From a virus: a stretch of 64,000 bases of DNA. How positions within the stretch are numbered: position 1 is the stretch's first letter; every line of letters begins with the position of its first letter. Location of the stretch: positions 229,116-293,115 of the IMG/VR virus record IMGVR_UViG_3300037722_000745, one strand, 5' to 3'. Made by a program: the position numbers and the translations under genes. Positions 8,931 through 16,510 of this stretch are shown here, piece by piece. The notes under the pieces are model-generated. The model was given only the letters and a program-made list of their open reading frames with translations. It was not told where the DNA came from and searched no databases.

Positions 8931-9146
8931 CTAGTTCAACCGTCGCAGCAACAGCGGCACAGGAGCATCGAAGTCCCAGACATGCTGTGCGTGGCACTTA
9001 CCGCAGTCGTACTGGACGAACCCCTCCGGGGTGTGCTTGAACGTGGTCGCCTCGTCAGTCACCAGCTCGTTGTTGCACTGCGGGCAATAGACCCGAGTAA
9101 ACGTCTGCTGCTTGGGCTTCAACAGGTTTCGCAACCACTGGAACAC
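8931..9146 (-). CDS. Small Zn-ribbon protein
   Basis: CPQC...CGKC. Confidence 0.65.
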   Translation of the reverse strand: MFQWLRNLLKPKQQTFTRVYCPQCNNELVTDEATTFKHTPEGFVQYDCGKCHAQHVWDFDAPVPLLLRRLN

Positions 9147-9160
9147 GTCTGTTATCCTTT

Positions 9161-9195
9161 GCTCGGGCGGAGGGAGTCGAACCCCCACGGGCTCG
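9161..9195 (-). pseudogene. tRNA (Leu-type) 3' fragment
   Basis: GCCCGTGGGGGTTCGACTCCCTCCGCCCGAG with no matching 5' half. Confidence 0.65.
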
Positions 9196-9458
9196 AACGG
9201 TGAGGTCCTAAAGGAGGACTATGCTGAGCGCCTGATGGCTCTCTGCGGGACCCCAAAGCTGTTGAGTCCCATCCTGGCTTTCCCAATGGCCTCCACCACC
9301 TGTTGTATCATGCGCAACCCAGATCCAGCCTGCTTCTTTAAGTCAATGGCCATAGGGTGGAGCTTGAAGGCAGCCCAAGCGAAGTTGCACAGCTCCTCTT
9401 ACTGTTACCGCCAAACACCAACTTCAATGTTTCCCGCATCGAAGAGCCTTTCGATCCT

Positions 9459-9494
9459 GTCCCACTCTTGATGGAGGTGGGCTTCCCTTACCAT
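9459..9494 (-). repeat. Solitary CRISPR repeat, family A
   Basis: 28 nt (GTCCCACTCTTGATGGAGGTGGGCTTCC on +) identical to the array repeat. Confidence 0.92.
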
Positions 9495-9534
9495 TTACCC
9501 TACGGATGTAGGGCCTGTATTTGTTTCGCACTAG

Positions 9535-9605
9535 CTCGGGGTGAGAGATTCGAACTCCCGTAAACAGTACCAGAAACTGCTGTCCTACCATTAGACGAAC
9601 CCCGA
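9535..9605 (-). tRNA. tRNA-Gln(CTG)
   Basis: Cloverleaf, loop TT-CTG-GT. Confidence 0.9.
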
Positions 9606-9617
9606 AAAACTACCGCC

Positions 9618-9848
9618 TCACGCGCTGCCCGTATAAGCCACGCTGAAAACCATCCCCGACATCACGAGCACTTCCTGGCCGTGAGTCAAGCTCCCGTTCA
9701 TCTCGTGGTACTTCTCCCGTAGCTTGCAATGAAACACCACCGTCGGGTTGTACTCCGACTTGAGTTCCGCCAGCTCAACCACATCCTCGTAGCTCAGAAC
9801 CTCTGCGTCGGTCTGGAAGTCCTGTCCATTGACTTTGAAACTGGTCAC
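9618..9848 (-). CDS. Multi-ubiquitin-type single beta-grasp protein
   Basis: FKVNG...LSYEDVVELA...GSLTHGQEV...GMVFSV...T pattern of the Multi_ubiq domain. Confidence 0.75.
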   Translation of the reverse strand: MTSFKVNGQDFQTDAEVLSYEDVVELAELKSEYNPTVVFHCKLREKYHEMNGSLTHGQEVLVMSGMVFSVAYTGSA

Positions 9849-10126
9849 GGTTCCTCCGCGATTCGGGCCAGAACATGCCCATGGCACGGATCCGGGACAC
9901 ACCAGCAGCCCAGCACCTTACCACGGAGTTCCTGCTTCACTAGGCGGAGCAACGAAGGCTTACCGCGGATCCAAGTCTCGTACTTCTCGATAGCTTCCTC
10001 ACGAGTCGCGACCTTGAACTGTGCCCGAGTGTTCTCTTTGTGGCTGTAAGGATTACCGTAGATCGACGGACGTCCGACGTAGACATCGTAGCGATCTCGA
10101 CGACAATGCACGACCCGAGTGCTCAT
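9845..10126 (-). CDS. DUF4326 family protein
   Basis: VYVGRPSIYGNPY...LGCWCxPxPCHG. Confidence 0.9.
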   Translation of the reverse strand: MSTRVVHCRRDRYDVYVGRPSIYGNPYSHKENTRAQFKVATREEAIEKYETWIRGKPSLLRLVKQELRGKVLGCWCVPDPCHGHVLARIAEEP

Positions 10127-10212
10127 CCGGCTCCCACTTGAGATATGGACTCAATGGTCTGGGGGACCATTCGGTAGCGTCGTGTCTTAGGCATGAGATC
10201 CACTACACCACT

Positions 10213-10303
10213 TGGCGGAAGGTGAGGGGATCGAACCCTCGCACGCCTCATCAGCGCGACCTCAGATTAGCAATCTGGTGTCTTACCACTCGACCAACCT
10301 TCC
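10213..10303 (-). tRNA. tRNA-Ser(GCT)
   Basis: Long variable arm, G discriminator, CCA. Confidence 0.92.
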
Positions 10304-10307
10304 AAGG

Positions 10308-10391
10308 CGGAGGATGAGGGACTCGAACCCCCACACGCTTTCACGTACCTCCGATTTCAAATCGGGTGCCTTGCCATTCAGCCAATCCTCC
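10308..10391 (-). tRNA. tRNA-Ser(TGA)
   Basis: Long variable arm, loop TT-TGA-AA. Confidence 0.92.
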
Positions 10392-10397
10392 AAAGAG

Positions 10398-10480
10398 CGG
10401 AAAGAGAGGGAGTCGAACCCTTGCCGTTGCCGACAACCGGTTTTCGAAGCCGGCGGCCCACCACTGAGCCTTCACCTTCC
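10398..10480 (-). tRNA. tRNA-Ser(CGA)
   Basis: Long variable arm, loop TT-CGA-AA. Confidence 0.82.
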
Positions 10481-10597
10481 AAGTGATGCGATAGCCGCCA
10501 CGAGTCCCCGTCGGCCACTGCAAACCGGCAGCCCCTGACAGAATCCTCGTTGACGACTTACCCGGGTTTACCCTCGCTCGAATCCACACGAGGCGGG

Positions 10598-10671
10598 TGG
10601 TGGCGACGAGGGGACTTGAACCCCAGCCGACAGCCTTATGAGAGCCGCGTCCTAACCCGTAGGGCGTCGCC
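10598..10671 (-). tRNA. tRNA-CAT (Met or Ile2)
   Basis: Loop CT-CAT-AA, ACCA end, atypical D arm. Confidence 0.8.
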
Positions 10672-10697
10672 GTGGTGGGGCCGAAGCCCCAAGCACA

Positions 10698-10904
10698 TCA
10701 CCACCTCCACTGGATGCTGTGCCGATGTGCCCGATCATCAAAGTCATCGTACCTGCCGTGCCAGATCAGTCGGAGTTCCCTGGCTCGGTGTCCCTTCCAA
10801 AAGAACCGCCGGTCATCTCGGGGGCTCCGAGCCGCCCAATTGGAACCTTGGCCTTCCCGATTGGGGCTGTGCCGTCCGTTCTTACGTCGATGATTCCGTC
10901 GCAT
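10698..10904 (-). CDS. Small Arg-rich protein
   Basis: MRRNHRRKNGRH...; RBS GGAGG. Confidence 0.55.
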   Translation of the reverse strand: MRRNHRRKNGRHSPNREGQGSNWAARSPRDDRRFFWKGHRARELRLIWHGRYDDFDDRAHRHSIQWRW

Positions 10905-10935
10905 GTCGCCTCCAGGTTCAAAGACCTAAAGGCGG

Positions 10936-11408
10936 CTCTCCTCTCGTGATCAGCATCTTGCTGCTCCTTGTTGGTTTTGACGGTGGAACGTCGCCAAAAA
11001 CTCTCTTATAGGGCACCCTGCCTAAGGAGCCCCACCCCATGGATCCCAACCGCATCATCCACAGATACCTAACAGCAGCATCCTCGGTCATGACGTGGCC
11101 AAAGTTAAAAGGCCACCTCATCAAGCTCACTAAACCCGTTTCTGTGAGCAAGGGTAAGCCAGGAAGGAAGAAGGTGAAATTCGACAAAGGTGTTACCTTT
11201 GTGATGACTGGGGGAGTTGTGAAAGGCACCCTTTTGGAGTCCCACCTCTTTGAAGCCACCCTTGAAGGCGACCATTATTGGATCCAATCAAACATACATC
11301 CCTTTGGGATGTACCCGCATAAATTCATGACAAAAGGCGGTAAGGAACTAGGTCCTGAGTTCTTCGCTCAGTGATCCTCTCCTCTCGTGATCAGATCTTG
11401 CTGCTCCT
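10936..11408. repeat. ~33-bp direct repeats (10936-10968, 11377-11408) flanking an inverted gene
   Basis: CTCTCCTCTCGTGATCAG(C)ATCTTGCTGCTCCT occurs twice. Confidence 0.9.
11039..11374 (+). CDS. Hypothetical protein (lower GC, antisense to tRNA operon)
   Basis: ORF with AAGGAG upstream, between the direct repeats. Confidence 0.7.
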   Translation: MDPNRIIHRYLTAASSVMTWPKLKGHLIKLTKPVSVSKGKPGRKKVKFDKGVTFVMTGGVVKGTLLESHLFEATLEGDHYWIQSNIHPFGMYPHKFMTKGGKELGPEFFAQ

Positions 11409-11414
11409 ACCTAG

Positions 11415-11488
11415 CGCCTCTGGAAGGATTCGAACCTTCAAGCTTCGGTTTCGTAGACCGACGATCTGTCCAATTGATCTACAGAGGC
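11415..11488 (-). tRNA. tRNA-Arg(ACG)
   Basis: Cloverleaf, loop CT-ACG-AA. Confidence 0.92.
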
Positions 11489-11503
11489 ATTCGTTTTTAG
11501 AGG

Positions 11504-11579
11504 CACCCCCGGGAGGACTCGAACCTCCGCATGACCCGGCTTCGGAGGCCGGCGCTCTGTCCAACTGAGCTACGAGGGC
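11504..11579 (-). tRNA. tRNA-Arg(CCG)
   Basis: Cloverleaf, loop CT-CCG-AA. Confidence 0.92.
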
Positions 11580-11683
11580 TTGTGGTGATTTGCCATTCGC
11601 GTGCGGGATCAACCACCAACCCGTAGACGCACTCGTAGGTCGTTCCTACGCGCAATCACCACGCTACGGTGCCGAAACACCGG

Positions 11684-11756
11684 CACTCCCGACAGGACTC
11701 GAACCTGCATGATCCTGGTTAGAAGCCAGGCGCCTATCCAGTTAGACTACGGGAGC
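11684..11756 (-). tRNA. tRNA-Arg(TCT)
   Basis: Cloverleaf, loop CT-TCT-AA. Confidence 0.92.
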
Positions 11757-11760
11757 ATTG

Positions 11761-11796
11761 GTCTCACTCTAGAGGGAGGTGAGCTTCCCTCGCAAC
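11761..11796 (-). repeat. Solitary CRISPR-like repeat, family A
   Basis: GTTGCGAGGGAAGCTCACCTCCCTCTAGAGTGAGAC, 4 nt upstream of tRNA-Arg(TCT). Confidence 0.88.
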
Positions 11797-11829
11797 TACA
11801 ACACACCGAAGGCACGCCGGCAGAGCCTT

Positions 11830-11907
11830 TGGAGGCGCAGGCGGGACTCGAACCCACGAAAATACCTGTTTTGCAGACAGGCCCCTTAGCCGCTTGGGTA
11901 CTGCGCC
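11830..11907 (-). tRNA. tRNA-Cys(GCA)
   Basis: Cloverleaf, U discriminator, CCA. Confidence 0.92.
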
Positions 11908-11952
11908 GAAACCTTCACCTACTAGAAGACGAGAACGCCGAAGCGTTACAAG

Positions 11953-12023
11953 TGCGCGTGGAGGGGATCGAACCCTCATCTGCTGGGTGGAAGCCAGCTA
12001 TCCTACCATTGAACGACACACGC
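11953..12023 (-). tRNA. tRNA-Gly(TCC)
   Basis: Cloverleaf, loop CT-TCC-AC. Confidence 0.9.
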
Positions 12024-12099
12024 TTATGCCCCGTAGTTGGCGGCCTCCCAAGGCAAAAGTCAGAACTCACAAGGCGGCGGAAGCTGTACTTCTCTCAGC

Positions 12100-12327
12100 T
12101 TAGGAGGTCTTTGTGTGTCTTTTGTACTGACCGGAATTGGCTCCGTATTCACGTTTGATCCAATTAGCAGGTCCTATTTTCAAGGCACCCTTGACTTGGC
12201 CCGAGTTCGCACCGAACTCTTTCTTGATCCACGCCAAGGCTTTAGCGTCTTGTTCCTTCGTATGCGCTGCTGTTCGAAGAGCTAGCTCGACAAGCTTCGT
12301 AGCAATTTCGACCCTACTGGGATTCAC
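12100..12327 (-). CDS. Hypothetical protein with internal WIKxExGANSGQ duplication
   Basis: ORF; repeated motif. Confidence 0.6.
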   Translation of the reverse strand: MNPSRVEIATKLVELALRTAAHTKEQDAKALAWIKKEFGANSGQVKGALKIGPANWIKREYGANSGQYKRHTKTS

Positions 12328-12470
12328 GCCTTGGCTGTAGGCAAGAATTTAACGAAGCTCAGACTGTAACTCTTGAGGGGTCGAAATTTTGCGCATAACA
12401 CCATAGAAAAGCCATAAATGGCTTAGCAGCTTACCTTGAAGGCTGGCACCCAGGACATCGAACTCGAAGC

Positions 12471-12749
12471 TTATGGGGAGCAACCCCACATGGAAAGAGT
12501 GTTCGGGATCCTCTGCGCATGCTCGGGCCAATCCTTGAACTTGTCGCCGTAGTTCTCTCGACACAACCGAGTGATCGCGATGTGAGAACTGAGACACACA
12601 GACATGATCTTACGCGTCTCCCTGGCACTCAATCCAGAAGCCGTAGGCCCAGACCTCCACAGAGCCGACAACTCCTCCTCACTAAGAGGAGCTTCCAGAC
12701 TCCCTCCCAAATCGGACAAGGAAGCGTCAATATCCGCTGTAGAGGCCAT
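12471..12749 (-). CDS. Hypothetical protein
   Basis: MASTADIDASL... downstream of the CGGTGTAT motif. Confidence 0.5.
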   Translation of the reverse strand: MASTADIDASLSDLGGSLEAPLSEEELSALWRSGPTASGLSARETRKIMSVCLSSHIAITRLCRENYGDKFKDWPEHAQRIPNTLSMWGCSP

Positions 12750-12822
12750 CTCTCGGGTTTTTGATTGTGTTTCTGATGGGCGGAATATACACCGCAGGCA
12801 GCATGCCCCCGAGCGCCCAAAG

Positions 12823-12913
12823 CGGAAGCCGGAGAACTCGAATCCCAAACGACCCCGAGAGGCCGTTCCCACCGCTTTCCAAGCGGGTCCAGTCCCTAAC
12901 TGGTTCAGCTTCC
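12823..12913 (-). tRNA. tRNA-Ser(GGA)
   Basis: Long variable arm, loop TT-GGA-AA. Confidence 0.85.
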
Positions 12914-12936
12914 AAGGGGAGCCTGTTGAGGGAATC

Positions 12937-12972
12937 GTCTCGCCGCAGCGAGCAATGAGTGCATGACTACAC
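12937..12972 (-). repeat. Solitary CRISPR-like repeat, family B (Cas12j-like)
   Basis: GTGTAGTCATGCACTCATTGCTCGCTGCGGCGAGAC (36 nt), followed by a tRNA 3' end. Confidence 0.85.
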
Positions 12973-13020
12973 CAAGCCAACAAGCGCTGATGGAAGCAGG
13001 CCAGTTGCGTGACTACGTAG

Positions 13021-13097
13021 TGGACCTGTCGGGAGTTGAACCCCGATCCCGGTTACCACCGTACCAAGGTGGTGCTCTGCCACTGAGCTATACGGGC
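13021..13097 (-). pseudogene. Chimeric tRNA: Thr(GGT) 5' half fused to the tRNA-Ala 3' end
   Basis: Acceptor strands do not pair; 3' part matches the tRNA-Ala 3' end at 14408-14430. Confidence 0.75.
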
Positions 13098-13433
13098 GTT
13101 GAACCGAAAGACAACCCTCTCTCTAGCTTGCCTCCTAGACTCCATATCGCGTAAGGCATGCCTCAGAATTTGAAGGTTGACGATCGCATCGTAAAGCTCC
13201 CGCTCCTTCGCTCCGCTGTCTATAAGCCTCTCTAGTTTATCGATCTCTCGTCGGATCCGATTCCGATCTTGCAAACGCTTAGGGAGCCGCAAGCCTGTGG
13301 TCCGATCCTGACGCTCAACCTTCCTAAGTTGCTGCTCGATATAGTCCACCTCTTTTGGGGTCAAGGATCGAGGCAGTAGTCCAGGCCGAGGGAAAGTCAC
13401 CTCAAAAGGACGGTCCGGTTTGGGTACCGGCAT
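13053..13433 (-). CDS. Hypothetical coiled-coil protein
   Basis: ORF coupled to the upstream gene; tail reads into the tRNA remnant. Confidence 0.6.
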   Translation of the reverse strand: MPVPKPDRPFEVTFPRPGLLPRSLTPKEVDYIEQQLRKVERQDRTTGLRLPKRLQDRNRIRREIDKLERLIDSGAKERELYDAIVNLQILRHALRDMESRRQARERVVFRFNARIAQWQSTTLVRW

Positions 13434-13939
13434 CAGATCTGACCTAACACCTTTCGAACCAACCGCATGAACGTCAGTCCAGCGAGTTCAGGATCTGTGC
13501 TGAATGCGGTCTCCGTGATAGACCGTTTGAAGTCAGCTCCGCTCAAGGGTTTGTGAGGCACATACCCGAACGAAAGTAACGGAAGACCGCCCCGGATTGA
13601 CAACATCAACGTGAAGGTCTCCAAAGCGGGTCGAGTGGAGAAGTAGTAGTACAGCTTCATCCGCTGCTGGGTAGCATTCATGTAGAAACGATCGCCATGG
13701 AACTTCCGCCTGAATGCTGAAAGGGCCTTGGGTAAGAGGATCTCGATAGACAACTTGGCCGCATCAAAGACCTCTTGCGCAGACGTTGGCACCCCGACTT
13801 CAGGAGGACCCCAACGAGCTTGCCGGGCCATCCTCTCGGACCACGGAACGACCCATGACGGGATTTCCGGCTGCCAGTCCCCAAGGGCTACCTGGTAACC
13901 CCACCTGGCCGCCACGCGCTTTGCAAGAGTACCCATCAC
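13433..13939 (-). CDS. Hypothetical protein
   Basis: 168-aa ORF, GAGG RBS; N-terminal LAKRVAARW motif. Confidence 0.7.
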   Translation of the reverse strand: MMGTLAKRVAARWGYQVALGDWQPEIPSWVVPWSERMARQARWGPPEVGVPTSAQEVFDAAKLSIEILLPKALSAFRRKFHGDRFYMNATQQRMKLYYYFSTRPALETFTLMLSIRGGLPLLSFGYVPHKPLSGADFKRSITETAFSTDPELAGLTFMRLVRKVLGQI

Positions 13940-13968
13940 CTCGTGCAGTGTGATGGGTAGATTAGTGA

Positions 13969-14043
13969 GGCTACCTGACGGGACTCGAACCCGCTCTCAC
14001 CGGACCCACAATCCGGCCGCCATCCTATCGGCGCTCAGGCAGC
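13969..14043 (-). tRNA. tRNA-His(GTG)
   Basis: G-1:C73, loop TT-GTG-GG. Confidence 0.88.
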
Positions 14044-14143
14044 AGAAGTATCACAACGGTCCCGGGCCGGGTGCGACGAGCTAGCCACACGCGCCGAGTA
14101 GCTAGCTCGGACGCGCTGCGTTCTGTGCCCCGTTGTGACACGG

Positions 14144-14226
14144 TGCGAACGAGAGGAGTCGAACCTCCACGACCTCGCGATCAGCTGGGTTTGAGCCAGC
14201 CGCGTCTGCCATTCCGCCACGTTCGC
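14144..14226 (-). tRNA. tRNA-Leu(CAA)
   Basis: Long variable arm, loop CT-CAA-AC. Confidence 0.92.
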
Positions 14227-14240
14227 GTGAGCACTACTCA

Positions 14241-14276
14241 GTCTCGCTCTTAGGGGAGGCGAGCTTCCTTTGATCC
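14241..14276 (-). repeat. Solitary CRISPR-like repeat, family A
   Basis: GGATCAAAGGAAGCTCGCCTCCCCTAAGAGCGAGAC. Confidence 0.85.
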
Positions 14277-14323
14277 CATACAGGAAATCCTTCTTGCAAG
14301 CTACGGTGCTGGAGACAGGAGTC

Positions 14324-14359
14324 GTCTCGCCGCAGCGAGCAATGAGTGTATGACTACAC
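14324..14359 (-). repeat. Solitary CRISPR-like repeat, family B (Cas12j-like)
   Basis: GTGTAGTCATACACTCATTGCTCGCTGCGGCGAGAC, followed by a tRNA 3' end. Confidence 0.85.
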
Positions 14360-14404
14360 CAAGCCAACAAGCGCTGATGGAAGCAGGCCAGTTGCGTGAC
14401 TACG

Positions 14405-14476
14405 TGGTGGACCTGTCGGGAGTTGAACCCGCAAACTCTCCTTGCAAGGGAGAGCCCTGACCCGTCAGACAAGCCC
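14405..14476 (-). tRNA. tRNA-Ala(TGC)
   Basis: G3:U70, loop TT-TGC-like (TTGCAAG), ACCA; short D arm. Confidence 0.78.
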
Positions 14477-14480
14477 ATTT

Positions 14481-14561
14481 AGGTCCGAGGCGAATTGTCG
14501 ACTCCGCGTCTCCAGCTTCCGTACGCAATAGCTGGCGCTCTAACACTGAGCTACTCGAACC
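14481..14561 (-). tRNA. Atypical tRNA-like gene with expanded anticodon loop
   Basis: Acceptor, D and T arms pair; anticodon stem CCAGCT/AGCTGG closes a 12-nt loop; T loop GTCGACAA. Confidence 0.6.
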
Positions 14562-14563
14562 AG

Positions 14564-14635
14564 CGGAGCCGAGGGGACTCGAACCCCCCTCACTGGCGTG
14601 ACAAGCCAGCCGCCTCACCCGATGCGTACGGCTCC
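14564..14635 (-). tRNA. tRNA-Asp(GTC)
   Basis: Cloverleaf, loop TT-GTC-AC, G73. Confidence 0.9.
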
Positions 14636-14639
14636 GTAA

Positions 14640-14894
14640 GTCCCACTCTTGATGGAGGTGGGCTTCCGTTGTGACCGTGCGGATTTCGGAGATGACGCTG
14701 AAGCCGTCATCGGTCCCACTCTTGATGGAGGTGGGCTTCCGTTGTGACTTCGCTCCGATCGCAATCCCGCAGGATCGCGACCAGCCGTCCCACTCTTGAT
14801 GGAGGTGGGCTTCCGTTGCTGCCAGGCAGGACGGCTCGAAGTGGCTAAGATGATGTTGGTCCCACTCTTGATGGAGGTGGGCTTCCGTTGCTGC
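14640..14894 (-). CRISPR. Orphan CRISPR array: 4 x 36-nt repeats, 3 spacers (37, 38, 36 nt)
   Basis: Repeats at 14640, 14713, 14787, 14859; minus strand G(T/C)(C/A)(A/G)CAACGGAAGCCCACCTCCATCAAGAGTGGGAC; unique spacers; leader on the high-coordinate side. Confidence 0.96.
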
Positions 14895-15075
14895 AGTGCG
14901 CTCAAAAAGACCTAAAATTTCCAAAGAGCTGAGAGCCGGATTGCGAGAGCCTCTGCAAACTCCCGCTAAATCCGACTCCATGGAGAGTACTACACTGTTC
15001 ACAGAGAGCGCAAGACCCTAAATTCATTGTCTTGCGAGCGATCCCCGGGCTCCAGGCGTCACCGAGGCTCTCGCG
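14895..15075 (-). promoter_or_regulatory. CRISPR leader
   Basis: GCGAGAGCCTC...GGGGATCGCTCGCAA...GGCTCTCGCAA plus an AT-rich proximal part; a similar sequence recurs at 56901-57014. Confidence 0.7.
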
Positions 15076-15241
15076 TTCCGATGCCGTCCAACAAGGAAAC
15101 TCCACGTCCCGGCGAAGAGTTGAGAGCATGGGCAGTACCGTGCCCACAAGGGCCAGTCCTCTCGCTCAACCCCGCGAAGTCGAGCTGTTTCAGGAATGTG
15201 ACACGGGTTTTGGTTGATGCTGGCCAAACATGACTACCCAG

Positions 15242-15318
15242 TGGAGCCGGCGGGGATCGAACCCGCCGCAAAGCCGCATTGCAAGTGCAGCTCGCCCCCG
15301 CCAACCGATACGGCTGAG
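15242..15318 (-). pseudogene. Degenerate tRNA-Ala(TGC)
   Basis: Anticodon arm, T arm and 3' acceptor intact; 5' acceptor/D arm disrupted. Confidence 0.7.
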
Positions 15319-15325
15319 GGGTATC

Positions 15326-15718
15326 TCACCGAAGAGATGACGGCTCATAAAGTGTCAATAGCTCCTTTGCCCAATCTACGAGGTCCGACACCCTCGCGCC
15401 GGTAGGTTGCGGACTTCGCCACAACTCCAGGTTGCACGGTCTGTTGTCGTCCCTAACCCCGTTCTTGTGGTGTACCGTCTCACCCGGCAAGAGATAGCGG
15501 CCAAGGACTTCCTCCATCACAAGGATGTGCTCAAACACGTACGGACCGCTTGTAGCCCTAGGGTGCAGCGGAACTCGCCGCATCACGTATCGAATCGGAT
15601 CGCCGCACCCAAGGCAGGGTACCTTTGGGAGAGATCGCCGCCGACACATCGGGCATTTCCGATGTCTGCTACTTGGTGTGAAAAGTCTGCAACACGAGCT
15701 ACAAGTTTTGACAGCCAT
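15326..15718 (-). CDS. HNH endonuclease (HNH_3-like), possibly internally deleted
   Basis: YVFEHILVMEEVLGR...VHHKNGVRDDNRPCNLEL; N-terminal Cys pairs. Confidence 0.85.
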   Translation of the reverse strand: MAVKTCSSCCRLFTPSSRHRKCPMCRRRSLPKVPCLGCGDPIRYVMRRVPLHPRATSGPYVFEHILVMEEVLGRYLLPGETVHHKNGVRDDNRPCNLELWRSPQPTGARVSDLVDWAKELLTLYEPSSLR

Positions 15719-15781
15719 TAGTCACCGAGACAGTCTCGGCGTGCAGGGTACACCACGTGCAGGTTGCCATCTTCGTACCCT

Positions 15782-16180
15782 TGGACTCGGTGGGAATCGA
15801 ACCCACGTCCTAGAAAGCTATCGAACAGCGTCTACGTGCGTAGCGTGACTTCGGACTCGGTTAAGGTCGTGCCCATGCCTCACGCCGGCTTCCACCTGGG
15901 GCGTGACTGGTTTTCCAGTCTTGCCTCCACCACCGATCTAGCGACCTAAGGTCTTGCGACCCGTTTCCCACAGCCAATCGGACTCTGTGGTGCAGCCCTG
16001 CGTTTACTTACGCCGCTCGAAATCGAAGCAGGGAATCTACCCCGAGCGACGGCTCAGGCAGCCTGAGCAAAGCCGTTATAGTTGGCTTTTCTTGTTTGGT
16101 CGGCTTGATAACCCGGCCTGCTGACCAACCGGGGCACGCTGCTGCTCGAATTACCTCCCAGTCGAAACCTTTACGAGCCC
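15782..16180 (-). ncRNA. ssrA: tmRNA, tag ANYNGFAQAA*
   Basis: GGGCTCG/CGAGTCC-A acceptor with G3:U, GGTTTCGAC 5' motif, GGACGTGGGTTCGATTCCCAC 3' motif, resume frame GCC AAC TAT AAC GGC TTT GCT CAG GCT GCC TGA. Confidence 0.95.
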
Positions 16181-16209
16181 TAAATCTGTCATCGCATACA
16201 CCAAAAGTC

Positions 16210-16284
16210 TGGAGCCCCTTCCCGGAATCGAACCGAGTTATCTGGTTTACAAGACCAGCGCATCACCAACTATGCTTAAGGGGC
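16210..16284 (-). tRNA. tRNA-Thr(TGT)
   Basis: Cloverleaf, CCA. Confidence 0.92.
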
Positions 16285-16312
16285 TTAGCTACGCCAGCAG
16301 AAAACGCTAGAG

Positions 16313-16488
16313 TTCTCACACCGGTCCGCACTCTAGCAGCGGCCCTACATACCCCGGGCCGCCAGCCTAGCTTGGCAGCCCACCAGGGGCCTGGTGTCAG
16401 GCGGGACGCCGTCCGAATACCTCAGAGCTTTTGACCGGGCTAGAGAGCCCAAGATGAGGGTCATCGTTCAGCATCGACCGGTGGAGAA
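16313..16488 (-). ncRNA. Long rod-shaped ncRNA, 6S RNA-like
   Basis: ~175 nt with paired ends (CACCGGTC/GACCGGTG, CCCT/AGGG, CTTGGG/CCCGGG, CTAGC/GCTAG) and internal GGCGTCCCGCCTG resembling 6S GGCACCCACCTG. Confidence 0.45.
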
Positions 16489-16510
16489 AATGGTAGCGAC
16501 GGAGGGAGTC

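Noticed and set aside
9200..9458. Gene or intron between the solo repeat and the tRNA-Leu fragment
   Set aside because: The minus frame has several stops and no recognisable motif; no intron structure seen.
14676..14858. Self-targeting by the three array spacers
   Set aside because: I found no match in the window by eye; a proper search was not possible.
14400..15304. ORFs 14400-15002, 14615-14905, 14902-15147 and 15024-15227 as cas or other genes
   Set aside because: They are translations of CRISPR repeats, leader and tRNAs (repeating TEAHLHQEWD / QRKPTSIKSGT); no Cas motifs.
16313..16488. Y RNA on the plus strand (GGTCCG/TCGACC bulged stem)
   Set aside because: It is antisense to the operon and the motif is short; kept only as a 6S-like candidate on minus.
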